Below are positions 9,025 through 18,967 of a DNA stretch of 64,000 bases, piece after piece. Within the stretch, counting starts at the first letter, position 1, and the number at the start of each line of letters is the position of its first letter. The position numbers were made by a program, and so were the translations under genes. The notes beneath the pieces are model-generated. The model made no database searches. It had not been told where the DNA came from and saw nothing but the letters and a program-made list of their open reading frames with translations. The DNA is from Promethearchaeia archaeon (GTDB taxonomy: Archaea > Asgardarchaeota > Lokiarchaeia > Sigyniarchaeales > SOKP01): contig JAHQWG010000048.1 of assembly GCA_029856045.1 (NCBI GenBank), forward strand, positions 31,298-95,297, given 5' to 3'.

Positions 9025-9948
9025 ATGAAAGATAAAAGAACTGCGGTTGTTGGAGCGGGATGGTTTGGTCGAGCGCATATAAGGAATTATAATCAACTTT
9101 CCAAATTAGTTGCTGTTTGTGATGCAAATAAAGAGAATTTAGAGCTTGTGAAAACACTTTATGATAATATTAACGTTTATACTAATGTAGATGATATGAT
9201 TAAAAGTGAAGATATTGATGCAGCTAGTGTAGTTACACCACCATCAAATATTCCAGCAATATCTAGGAAATTTGCTGAGAAAGGTATAGATGTATTGATG
9301 GAGAAGCCAATGGCATTAAGATTATCTGATTTAGAACAATTTAAAGAATTTACAAATTGCCGTATCATGCCTGGTTTTATTGAATTATATAACCCCGTTT
9401 TTGATAAACTATTAGAGAATCTTCCAGAGATTGGTGAGATCATTACTGTTGCCTCAAAAAGGATAGGTCTTTATCCCAAAAGAGATTGGAATATGGGAGT
9501 TATTTTGGATTTATCAATTCATGATATTTATTTGCAAGAGAGAATTCTAGGTGAAGTAAAAAATGCTATTGGAATGGTAAATCGGTTTGTTGATAACAAA
9601 CATGAGGATGCGGCATTTATTTTATTAGATTTTGGAAAAGCAAAAGGTTCAATTGAATCTAATTGGTATACTCCAACAAAATTTCGAAGAATGTATGTTC
9701 ATGGAGCTAATGGAACTATTGAGATAAATTTTATATCTCAAACATTTAATTTTCAAAAAGGTTTGAATTTATTGGGAGACAACCCAGCGACTAAGGATGA
9801 GACATATTCTCCATTAAAACTGGAAGAACCATTAAAAAGGGAAATCTTAAATTTCCTATATGATAAGGATAAAGATATTAAGGTAACTCTAGATGATGGA
9901 ATACGAGCTCTAAAGATTGCATTGGAAGTTATTGAGAAAGCAAATTAA
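9025..9948 (+). CDS. Gfo/Idh/MocA oxidoreductase (UDP-GlcNAc 3-dehydrogenase-like)
   Basis: VVGAGWFG, EKPMA, DLSIHD. The ATG at 9025 is preferred over the track TTG at 8974. Confidence 0.88.
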   Translation: MKDKRTAVVGAGWFGRAHIRNYNQLSKLVAVCDANKENLELVKTLYDNINVYTNVDDMIKSEDIDAASVVTPPSNIPAISRKFAEKGIDVLMEKPMALRLSDLEQFKEFTNCRIMPGFIELYNPVFDKLLENLPEIGEIITVASKRIGLYPKRDWNMGVILDLSIHDIYLQERILGEVKNAIGMVNRFVDNKHEDAAFILLDFGKAKGSIESNWYTPTKFRRMYVHGANGTIEINFISQTFNFQKGLNLLGDNPATKDETYSPLKLEEPLKREILNFLYDKDKDIKVTLDDGIRALKIALEVIEKAN

Positions 9949-10029
9949 AAATGGAAAGATTAATTATTAATAAATTATTGGATTAAATTAAGTCTTGATA
10001 AACTTTTAGAAGAACTGGTGAATTAGAAA

Positions 10030-10449
10030 TTGCCTGAAGATGAAAAAGAGGAACATGAATTGGAGAAAATTCGAATGAATAAATTAAAAATGATGTTGGA
10101 AAGACAAAAGATACACGAAATTCAAAATGTACAAGAAAAACAGATTTATGATAAAATTGATGTGATATTTCGTGCAATTCTCAGCCCCGATGCTTATAAT
10201 CATTTAATTAATTTAAAAAATTCAGATCCAAAAGTTTATTGGGCGATCTTTAATACTTTAGTGACTCCAAGTGTAATTGAACAGATCGATTTATTATTAA
10301 TGATAATCAATGAAGGAAATGCCTTATTAAGAAGAATGCCTCTTGAAACTATCGTATATCTAGAAAGAAAGTTTAAAGGGACAAAGATATCAATTAAAGT
10401 CAAAAGACGAGACGAGGAAGCTGTTGACCTATCGTCTTATTTAAAATAG
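10030..10449 (+). CDS. PDCD5/TFAR19-like DNA-binding protein (divergent)
   Basis: ELEKIRMNKL...ILSPDAYNHLINLK...IKVKRR pattern, with a GGTGA RBS. Confidence 0.7.
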   Translation: MPEDEKEEHELEKIRMNKLKMMLERQKIHEIQNVQEKQIYDKIDVIFRAILSPDAYNHLINLKNSDPKVYWAIFNTLVTPSVIEQIDLLLMIINEGNALLRRMPLETIVYLERKFKGTKISIKVKRRDEEAVDLSSYLK

Positions 10450-10475
10450 ATGGATTTTTAAAAAAAATACATTAA

Positions 10476-11030
10476 TTATTGTTCTCTTCCTGAAATAATT
10501 GCAGTCACTTTATAACTATTATTATTTATCTTTTCTCCGTCAATTGAAAAAAATTGAAATGCAAATGGTCGTTTAAAGATTTGTTCGACCATATATCCAT
10601 AGGAACTTATTGTAAAAATAAAAAGTCGTTTAGAGATACTCTCAACAGAAACATCAAGATTTAATTCATGTAGGACCTCCTTTAAGGTCTCAATTTCTTT
10701 TTCGTTATATTGATAAGAAAATACAAGTTTGAAATCTACTGGCGTTGGAGCTTCAGGATCATCATATGTAAGGTCAGATTTTCGAAAAGGAAAAAGTGTA
10801 GATAAATAAAAATTGAAAAATTCACGATAATGATTTTTTAAGAGATAAGAGATTTTGAACCCCTCAGCATATTTTGGCCAATGTTCTCTCATGGCTTCAA
10901 ATAATTTGGGATAATTTTTTTTCTTTCGTTCGCTTTCTTTTTTTAAAAATAATAATAGCTTATTCTCTATTGGTTTAAACTCACATTCTTTTCCAACTCG
11001 TAATAAAAATTGCTTAAAGCGAACGGACAT
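10476..11030 (-). CDS. Hypothetical protein
   Basis: 184-aa ATG-initiated ORF with no recognised motif. Confidence 0.7.
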   Translation of the reverse strand: MSVRFKQFLLRVGKECEFKPIENKLLLFLKKESERKKKNYPKLFEAMREHWPKYAEGFKISYLLKNHYREFFNFYLSTLFPFRKSDLTYDDPEAPTPVDFKLVFSYQYNEKEIETLKEVLHELNLDVSVESISKRLFIFTISSYGYMVEQIFKRPFAFQFFSIDGEKINNNSYKVTAIISGREQ

Positions 11031-11330
11031 AATTTTCTTGATAAATTAAGTTAATTTATGATATATTTTTAGACAGTAAGAACTTAATTCTTATGTTAAC
11101 ACCTATTAAGATCTATTAAATTTTATTTTTTTTGATTTTATATTTAGTTATATTATGAAAATATTATATTACGCCTTTTTTTATCTTCTTGTTATAAATT
11201 TTGAATATTTTTTTGATAAGTAAATTTATTTAAATTTAAAATGGAATTTAAAGTAAATATTATTATGCAAATATAGTTAATTCATTCCTATTGAATGATA
11301 TTACACTTTATTAATCCTTGAGAATAAATT

Positions 11331-12821
11331 ATGAAAAGACACATAACTTCTCTATTATTAATTATACTCTTATTTTTCAATGTCATAATTGTTGGAAATT
11401 CTTTAGTCTGTGCAAATGAGAATGAAACAATTGATGAGACAATAGTAAATGTAAGAGCAAAAAATATTTTTCTACAGACTAAATTATTTTTATATGAAAT
11501 AGAAAACGGATTAAAAGGAGTTGGATATGATGATTATATCGGGTTAATTGATATTGAAGCAGAAAATAATTCATATGCCCAAGAAAAAATCTTTACATTG
11601 GCTGCGTTTTATCATAAATATTTTATATCAGGAACTACGATGACTTATGCATGGGCAGAAAATGAGCTATTAACACCATTACAATCAAATTTTTGGAAAT
11701 ATCACAAGATTTTGAGAGCGGAAAGTGAAGAAAATGGGAGTAAATATTTTACAATTGATAGTATGATTGCTTTAGAATTTTTATCAAGTGCATATCGTGA
11801 TTCTCAAAACAATATTATTAAAAACCAATTAATAGAACCTTTATTCATTCAGCGAGAATCTATGAAGGCAAATAATACACTTGAATATCACGGTCCCTCT
11901 CAATCTGATCATTTAGCATTCTGGACTGCAATTGAAGGAGTAGGTTATGAAACAGATCTTAATTCTTATCATAAATATATATCTGGAGGAGATCCGAATC
12001 TTCAATATTGCTTAGCGAATACCTCTTTATGGGCAATTGCAGGTATGCTAAATTATGGATTGTTGGGTAGAGAAACTTCAATCGATGTTGAGAAAGAAGT
12101 TTTTAATGCATCTCTTAACGATGCTCAAAAAACAATGAAATATCTTGAAGATATATTATTTATTAATGGAACTGGGTTTAAAGAATATAATATTGCTTCA
12201 ACAGATAAAATCATCTTCAGAACGCAAGCTCTATCATTATTATCTTATGCAAGACTATATCAAGCCACTGGAAATGTGGTATATATTGATAAAGCAGAGA
12301 ATGTTATCGTTAATATTATAAAACCTTATTTTATTGATTCTGAAGAAGGGGGAGCTGTTTTATGGTTTAACTCAACTTCAGGAATAGGTGCAAATATTAA
12401 AGAAGGTTATGGGAACGCACTCTATGCATATAGTTTAATTGAATTATATAAGGCAACTGGCAGAGAAAGATATTTAATACTATCTTTGGAAGTAATTAAT
12501 TTCTTAAATAATTATATGTATAAAAAAAGCGCTGATGGATTAATCGAAGGATATATAGAATATATTCGAAAAAATGGAACAATTTACGATCCCCCCGGAT
12601 TTCTCAGTAATACAACTAGATTGTGGAAAACAAATGCACTTATATTTTATGTTAATGAGGAAATATATTCCACCTATAGACCTTTGCATGTTAAATACAT
12701 ATTATGGATGATTATCGGCATAACAACTGTAATTGGAGTAATAATAATTATAAATATCGCCGTTAAACGAAAAATTGTCTATAAAAATTTATCCAAATCA
12801 ACAAAAATTTTGACTAAATAA
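11331..12821 (+). CDS. Secreted, C-terminally membrane-anchored (alpha/alpha)6-barrel protein (GH76/AGE-like)
   Basis: Signal peptide, repeated LY.ATG...Y motifs (ARLYQATGNVVY, ELYKATGRERY), C-terminal TM helix and basic tail. Confidence 0.7.
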   Translation: MKRHITSLLLIILLFFNVIIVGNSLVCANENETIDETIVNVRAKNIFLQTKLFLYEIENGLKGVGYDDYIGLIDIEAENNSYAQEKIFTLAAFYHKYFISGTTMTYAWAENELLTPLQSNFWKYHKILRAESEENGSKYFTIDSMIALEFLSSAYRDSQNNIIKNQLIEPLFIQRESMKANNTLEYHGPSQSDHLAFWTAIEGVGYETDLNSYHKYISGGDPNLQYCLANTSLWAIAGMLNYGLLGRETSIDVEKEVFNASLNDAQKTMKYLEDILFINGTGFKEYNIASTDKIIFRTQALSLLSYARLYQATGNVVYIDKAENVIVNIIKPYFIDSEEGGAVLWFNSTSGIGANIKEGYGNALYAYSLIELYKATGRERYLILSLEVINFLNNYMYKKSADGLIEGYIEYIRKNGTIYDPPGFLSNTTRLWKTNALIFYVNEEIYSTYRPLHVKYILWMIIGITTVIGVIIIINIAVKRKIVYKNLSKSTKILTK

Positions 12822-13142
12822 TTCTAATCGAATTTTTATTTTCTCTTTAATATTAAATGTAAAACCCATTTCTAAGAGTTATTTAATCTTAGATTTTAAA
12901 AAGTTTTAAGAACATGCTCTATTATTTATTTTTTTTTAATTCTCTTATTTTTTCTACTTTTAACTAAATTCCATTAATTTATCGTGTTGAATAGTTATGA
13001 ACAAAAAATAAAAATTCGGTGGATAATTGAGAAAAAAAATTAAAAATAAACATAATTTTTATTTGATAATTGTGACAATATTTAAAAACATATAGAGAGA
13101 GATCTATACATTTAATTAAACTTCATATGGGTGTAATAATCT

Positions 13143-15989
13143 ATTAAACGAAACAATTTTAAATTAGTCTTATTGATCTCTTTGATCATTTTTTTTAGTG
13201 GCTTCACAGCTATTTCTCTCTATAATAACATCAATTTATTGAAGGATAGTGTCGTCGAAGATTTAGAGAGATTTTCAGATGAATTAAAAATTTCTGCTTG
13301 GAATTGGAGCACGACCAAGGTTGTCTCCACGGAAAGCACAGAGGATTCTGGATATCCAACAATCGCAGTGGACGGTTCCGGAAACGTGCACATCGCATGG
13401 TATGATGAGACGGAATATGGTGGATCGGGAGATGATTGGGATATATTTTATAAGCACTGGAACATGACCACGGCGAACTGGACTACGACGGAGGTGATCT
13501 CCACGGAAGGCACTAATGTTTCTTATACTCCAACAATAGCAGTTGACGATTACGGAAACGTATTTATTGCATGGGAAGATCTTGCGGATTATAACAATTC
13601 GGGAGTGGACCGTGATATATTTTATAAGTATTGGAACGCGACTACGGCGACCTGGACCACAACCGAAGTCGTTTCCACGGAAAGTACTGGTTCTTCTTAT
13701 TTTTCAACAATGGCAGTGGACGGTTCAGGAAACGTACATATTGCGTGGAATGATTATACGAATTATAAAAGTTCAGGAGGGGATCTTGACATATTTTATA
13801 AGTATTGGAACGCAACCACGGCGACTTGGAACACGACCGAGGTGGTCTCCACGGAAAGTACTGCTTTTTCTTCAGAGCCAACAATAGCAGTGGACGGTTT
13901 CGGAAACGTATATATTGCGTGGGAGGATCAAACGGATTATAAAAGTTCAGGAGCGGACAATGATATATTTTATAAGTATTGGAACGCGACTACGGCGACT
14001 TGGAATACGACCGAGGTCATCTCTAATGAAAGCACTAGTGATTCTTGTTCTCCAACATTAGCAGTGGACGGTTCCGAAAACGTGCACATTGCGTGGCATG
14101 ATGAGACGGAATATGGTGGATCGGGAGATGATTGGGATATTTTTTATAAGTATTGGAACGCAACCACGGCGAACTGGACTACGACGGAAGTGATCTCCAC
14201 CGAAAGCACTGATGATTCTTTTTCTCCAACATTAGCAGTGGACTTTTTGGGAAAATTGCACATTGCATGGCAGGATGAAACGAATTATGGCGGTTCGGGA
14301 GGTGATTATGACATATTTTATAAACACTGGAACGCGACCACGGCGACTTGGACCACGACCGAGGTAATCTCCACGGAAAGCGCTGGTAATTCTCATTCTC
14401 CAACAATAGCAGTGGACTTTTTGGGAAAAGTGCATATTGCATGGACTGATAAAACGAATTATGGCGGTTCGGGAGGCGATGATGATATATTTTATAAAAA
14501 ATTCATATTATCTCCATCGGATCCATCAATAGTAATAAATAATGGAGATGCGAGTACAAATTCCACCTTAGCGAATCTCACGCTCTCGGCGGATGGAGCA
14601 GAAGAAATGTGTTTTAGAAATGGGACATCCATATTTTGGACTAATTGGGAAGCATACGCCACAACAAAACAACTATATTTAGAAGGCTCTACAAATAATA
14701 CGGGATATTCAATCTATGTGAAATTTCGAAATGCAACAGGAGTATCTCCCCAAGTCGGTGATAGCATTTTATTTTTAATTTTCACACCCTTGAATCCATC
14801 AATAATTATAAATAACGGAGATGCAAGTACAAATTCCACCTTAGTGAATCTCACGCTTTCAGTGGATGGAGCAACAGAAATGTGCTTCAAAAATGGGACG
14901 GATGTTACATGGACCAGTTGGGAGGCGTATATTACGACAAAACAGTTGTATTTAGAAGGGTCTACAAATAATACGCAATATTCAATCGATGTGAAGTTTC
15001 GAAATGCAACAGGAGAGACCTCCCCAGTTGGTGATAGCATCCTCTATTTAATTTTCACACCATTGAATCCATCAATAATTATAAATAATGGAGATGCAAC
15101 TACTGATTCTGTCTTAGTGACTCTCACGCTCTCGGCGGATGGAGCAACAGAAATGTGCTTTAGAAATTGGACGGGTGGTTCATGGACCAGTTGGGAGGCG
15201 TATAGTACAACAAAACAGTTGTATTTAGAAGGCTCTACAAACAATACGGAATATTCAGTCTATGTGAAATTTCGAAATGCAGCAGGAGAAACTTCCCCAG
15301 TCGGTGATAGCATCCTATATTTAATTTTCACACCATTAAATCCATCAATAGTAATAAATAATGGAGATGCAACTACTGATTCTATCTTAGTGAATTTAAC
15401 GCTCTCGGCGGATGGAGCAACAGAAATGTGCCTTAGAAATGGGACGGGTGGTGCCTGGACCAGTTGGGAGGCGTATAGTACAACAAAACAGTTGTATTTA
15501 GAAGGCTCTGTAAACAATGTGGTATATTCAATCTATGTGAAATTTCGAAATGCAATAGGAGAGATTTCCCCAGTCGGTGATAGTATCCTATTCTTAATTT
15601 ACACACCATCGAATCCATCAATAATTATAAATAATGGAGATGCGAGTACTGATTCTACCTTAGTAACTCTCACACTCTCGGTGGATGGAGCAGACGAAAT
15701 GTGTTTCAGAAATGGAACAACTGGTACATGGACCAGTTGGGAGTCGTATGGTACAACAAAACAGTTATATTTAGAAGGCTCTGTAAACAATATGGAATAT
15801 TCAATTTATGTGAAATTTCGAAATGCATTAGGAGATACTTCCCCAGTCAGTGATAACATTCTATATTTGATCACGGAAGAAACGGTAATCCCTGGATATC
15901 CAGTCGGATTTATTATCATTTCATTACTTGCAGGAATAGGAGTAATTGTAATTCTTAATAAATCTAAGAGAATAAAATTGAGAAACTAA
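13143..15989 (+). CDS. Cell-surface glycoprotein: signal peptide, 7-blade beta-propeller, 5 Ig-like repeats and Loki-CTERM-like anchor; probable ATT start at 13143
   Basis: 7 x 58-aa repeats, 5 x 91-aa repeats, many N-X-S/T sequons and a C-terminal IPGY + TM + KR tail. The n-region (I/M)KRNNFK lies upstream of the track TTG (13173). Confidence 0.88.
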   Translation: MKRNNFKLVLLISLIIFFSGFTAISLYNNINLLKDSVVEDLERFSDELKISAWNWSTTKVVSTESTEDSGYPTIAVDGSGNVHIAWYDETEYGGSGDDWDIFYKHWNMTTANWTTTEVISTEGTNVSYTPTIAVDDYGNVFIAWEDLADYNNSGVDRDIFYKYWNATTATWTTTEVVSTESTGSSYFSTMAVDGSGNVHIAWNDYTNYKSSGGDLDIFYKYWNATTATWNTTEVVSTESTAFSSEPTIAVDGFGNVYIAWEDQTDYKSSGADNDIFYKYWNATTATWNTTEVISNESTSDSCSPTLAVDGSENVHIAWHDETEYGGSGDDWDIFYKYWNATTANWTTTEVISTESTDDSFSPTLAVDFLGKLHIAWQDETNYGGSGGDYDIFYKHWNATTATWTTTEVISTESAGNSHSPTIAVDFLGKVHIAWTDKTNYGGSGGDDDIFYKKFILSPSDPSIVINNGDASTNSTLANLTLSADGAEEMCFRNGTSIFWTNWEAYATTKQLYLEGSTNNTGYSIYVKFRNATGVSPQVGDSILFLIFTPLNPSIIINNGDASTNSTLVNLTLSVDGATEMCFKNGTDVTWTSWEAYITTKQLYLEGSTNNTQYSIDVKFRNATGETSPVGDSILYLIFTPLNPSIIINNGDATTDSVLVTLTLSADGATEMCFRNWTGGSWTSWEAYSTTKQLYLEGSTNNTEYSVYVKFRNAAGETSPVGDSILYLIFTPLNPSIVINNGDATTDSILVNLTLSADGATEMCLRNGTGGAWTSWEAYSTTKQLYLEGSVNNVVYSIYVKFRNAIGEISPVGDSILFLIYTPSNPSIIINNGDASTDSTLVTLTLSVDGADEMCFRNGTTGTWTSWESYGTTKQLYLEGSVNNMEYSIYVKFRNALGDTSPVSDNILYLITEETVIPGYPVGFIIISLLAGIGVIVILNKSKRIKLRN
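13305..14504 (+). repeat. Seven 174-nt intragenic repeats (propeller blades)
   Basis: W.TTEV.STE...P.IAVD..G..HIAW.D...Y..SG.D.DIFYK occurs seven times. Confidence 0.95.
14514..15870 (+). repeat. Five 273-nt intragenic repeats (Ig-like stalk)
   Basis: PSIIINNGDA...GA.EMC..NGT...WT.WE.Y.TTKQLYLEGS occurs five times. Confidence 0.95.
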
Positions 15990-16522
15990 CTTCCAAAAAG
16001 AGAACTGGAAATTGCTTTTTTAAATTATAACTCTTTTCCTTTTCGTATAAATCAAGCTACTAATTCATTGCATTTAAGAGAGTTATTTAAAACTTGAATT
16101 TTTTCCATGATATTAAGAGCACATGAAAAATCCATTTAAGGGTATAATATCCAATTGATATGAAGGAGAAATCTTATAGCATGTGAAATTATCTAATGCG
16201 TTATATTAATCAATACAAAAATATTAGAAATTATATTAATTACCAAATTTTCATAAATATTTGTAAGGTTAAATTTATAAAATAAGATAAAGAATTCTTT
16301 CTAAAGTGATTAGATAAATGTAAAAATAACCCAATAAATTATATACATCATTTTTTACCTCCTTTTTTCGAGTAAATTCAATTTTATATTAGATAAAAAT
16401 TTTCAATACTTCCATTTTATAAAAAATTAATCTCCAGAAAGACTATGATTAAAAGAGAAAAAATCCTTAAAATATTCAAAGAATATAAAATTTTCTAATA
16501 AAAGAGTGAAAATAAGATAGAT

Positions 16523-16816
16523 ATGATTAGGAAAGAAGAAATTTTAAAAACTCTAAAAAAGTTTAAACAAGAAGTGAAAAAGAAATATAAAGTAAGAGAA
16601 TTAGGTCTTTTTGGCTCATACATAAATGAAAAACAAAAAGAAAGTAGTGATATTGATATTCTTGTAGAATTTGATGAAAAAGCTGACCTTTTCGATCTTA
16701 TAAGACTTTCGCTATTTCTTGAGGAAAAATTAAATAAGAAAGTTGATATTGTTCCAAAAAGTGCATTAAGGGAGGAGATTAAGGAGAATATCCTTCAAAA
16801 GGTAATATATGCATGA
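16523..16816 (+). CDS. Minimal nucleotidyltransferase (MNT) antitoxin
   Basis: LFGSY...SDIDILVEF. Overlaps the next gene (ATGA). Confidence 0.92.
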   Translation: MIRKEEILKTLKKFKQEVKKKYKVRELGLFGSYINEKQKESSDIDILVEFDEKADLFDLIRLSLFLEEKLNKKVDIVPKSALREEIKENILQKVIYA

Positions 16817-17115
16817 GAAATTATAGAATCTACTTAAAGGACATATTTAATGCATTAGAAAGCATAGAAAAATTCATACAAGAGATGAATTTTGAAGAGT
16901 TTAAGAAAGACGATAAAACCTCAAGCGCTGTTATTAGAAAGTTTGAAATAATTGGGGAAGCTGCAAAAAATATTTCAGAAGGGTTAAAACAAAAATATCC
17001 TCGAGTTCCATGGAAAGAAATGGCAGGAATGAGAGATAAATTGATTCATTTTTATTTTGGAGTGGATTATAAATTAGTTTGGATGACGATAAAAGAAAGG
17101 TTAATCAAAATTTAA
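16813..17115 (+). CDS. HEPN (DUF86) toxin, possibly slightly C-truncated
   Basis: IIGEAAK...PWKEMAGMRDKLIHFY with the Rx4HxY motif. Confidence 0.9.
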   Translation: MRNYRIYLKDIFNALESIEKFIQEMNFEEFKKDDKTSSAVIRKFEIIGEAAKNISEGLKQKYPRVPWKEMAGMRDKLIHFYFGVDYKLVWMTIKERLIKI

Positions 17116-17232
17116 TTTTCTCTTTAATAATAATTATAAAATCAATCTCTCTTCCGCCACCTCCTTGAATCATAATCAATTTTTTAAAAGTATAAAAATG
17201 AAATTAAAATAAAACAAAGCATATGATTATTT

Positions 17233-18447
17233 ATGGAAAAAAAGGTGGGATTACTATATTCAGAAGACTTCATAACATATAATTTCGGTAAAACACACCC
17301 TCTAAAACCAATAAGATTAGAATTAACTTATAAATTATTTAAGGAGCTTGGTCTTATGTCCCACCCTAAAATTGAGATTATTGCTCCAGAAATGGCAACC
17401 GAGCAAGATTTGATGATGCTGCATTCGGAAGAATATATAAAAGCTGTAAAAAAATTAAGTGAAGATCCAGCTAATCCAACCGTTAAAGGTTGGAAATACG
17501 GTTTAGGTCCGGGAGATAATCCAATTTTTAAAGGAATGTATGAAGCTTCCGCTTTAATCGCGGGTGCAAGTATTAAAGCTGCTGAAATGATCATGAATCA
17601 ATCTGAAAATTATGAGGTAATTTTCAATCCTGCTGGAGGCTTGCATCATGCACATAAAGATCAAGCGTCAGGATTTTGTATTTTTAATGACGTGGCTTTA
17701 GCTATCAAGAAAATGAAAATAATAAAACCCGATATAAGAATCACATATTTAGATATTGATGCACACCATGGGGATGGCGTACAATGGTTTTATTATAATG
17801 ATCCTAATGTTTTAACTATATCTTTTCATGAAAGTGGAAGGTATCTATTCCCCGGAACTGGCGATGTAAATGAAATTGGAGATGGAGATGGGAAATATTT
17901 CTCTATTAATTTTCCGTTATTACCTGGTTTTTACGATGATTTATATCTAAACCTTCTAAGAACCATTATTCCAGAAATCCTTAATATATATAAACCAGAT
18001 GTTTTAGTTACACAACTTGGTGTAGATGCTTATAATATGGACCCCCTTACTCAATTGGGTTTATCTCTTTCAGGTTACCGCGAAATTGCTAAAGAGATAC
18101 ACCAATATAGCAAAAAATATTGTAAAAATAAATGGCTCGCCGTTGGCGGAGGAGGCTATTTAGTAACGGTTGTTCCTCGGGCTTGGTCAATTTTTCTTGC
18201 AGAAATGCTTGACGTTAAGCTCAATAATGATCTTCCTACAGAATGGAAAAATGAATGCCAAAAAAATGCTGCAGATGAAATAGCTCCAACAACAATGTTC
18301 GATAAAAATGATAAGTTGGTATTAGAACTTTTTTCCCACACAGAATTGAAAAAAAGAATGATGGATTATTATAACATGTTAATGAAAGTTAGTCGTGAAA
18401 AATATATACCTAATTTAAAAAACGCCGTAGAAAAGTTGAATTTTTAA
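17233..18447 (+). CDS. Histone deacetylase family protein (AcuC/class I-like)
   Basis: HPLKPIR, GGLHHA, SGFCIFND, DIDAHHGDG, FPGTG, GGGGY. Confidence 0.95.
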   Translation: MEKKVGLLYSEDFITYNFGKTHPLKPIRLELTYKLFKELGLMSHPKIEIIAPEMATEQDLMMLHSEEYIKAVKKLSEDPANPTVKGWKYGLGPGDNPIFKGMYEASALIAGASIKAAEMIMNQSENYEVIFNPAGGLHHAHKDQASGFCIFNDVALAIKKMKIIKPDIRITYLDIDAHHGDGVQWFYYNDPNVLTISFHESGRYLFPGTGDVNEIGDGDGKYFSINFPLLPGFYDDLYLNLLRTIIPEILNIYKPDVLVTQLGVDAYNMDPLTQLGLSLSGYREIAKEIHQYSKKYCKNKWLAVGGGGYLVTVVPRAWSIFLAEMLDVKLNNDLPTEWKNECQKNAADEIAPTTMFDKNDKLVLELFSHTELKKRMMDYYNMLMKVSREKYIPNLKNAVEKLNF

Positions 18448-18748
18448 AACAAAAAAAAATAAAATCATCAATAATTACTAGAAAAAGAGTATATCTAAAA
18501 AAAAATAAAAAAAAAAATCAGTAAAATATTTACTTTAATTTATTTATCTTTAATAACACGTTAATTATAATAAAATTATTTGTTTCTAAAATTGGCGTCA
18601 AATTTAGATTTTTTTTACATTAATATGTACATTGTCGATTTTCCCGTTTTTCTCGGGAAAAGAAAAACTTTAAATAGTTTTCGAGTTCATATAGAACTTA
18701 AGAAGTTTAAAACTTTGATTTAAATATTCGGATACTGGAGAAATAAAA

Positions 18749-18814
18749 ATGTATTCTTATACCTCAACCCTTAACCCTATTGTTAGAAACTACATCTCCC
18801 TCATTCTAGAATAG
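18749..18814 (+). CDS. Candidate 21-aa small ORF (MYSYTSTLNPIVRNYISLILE) inside a fold-back RNA
   Basis: GGAG RBS at 18737, ATG...TAG, and an upstream BRE/TATA-like sequence GAAAAACTTTAAATA at about 18662-18676. Confidence 0.35.
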   Translation: MYSYTSTLNPIVRNYISLILE

Positions 18815-18967
18815 TTTTTAAATTATTTCTTCAAACCGAATATCTCCCTTTTCCTTATTACGCCGACATTTTTAATCATTTTACCAAATTTAAAAATCTA
18901 GTTTGAATTATCAAGAAATTGTAAAAATACTTCTTTTTTCTAGATTTTTATTTTATATCTCTCCTTT

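Noticed and set aside
13543-15790. Multiple short alternative-frame and antisense ORFs
   Set aside because: They are shadows of the repetitive surface-protein gene.
13305-15870. Regular repeats with variable segments resembling a CRISPR array or DGR target
   Set aside because: They are in-frame protein repeats of 174 and 273 nt. There are no cas or reverse transcriptase genes, and the differences are not adenine-specific.
12874-16125. AGAGTTATTTAA...TTAAGA..CATG similarity on both sides of the surface-protein gene (possible att or target duplication)
   Set aside because: Only about 12 nt are identical in very AT-rich DNA and the spacing differs. Not supportable without an empty-site comparison.
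18760-18780. CCTCAACCCTTAACCCTA resembling a telomeric repeat or telomerase template
   Set aside because: It is under three imperfect units with no reverse transcriptase nearby, so chance is likely. It is kept only as part of the fold-back RNA finding.
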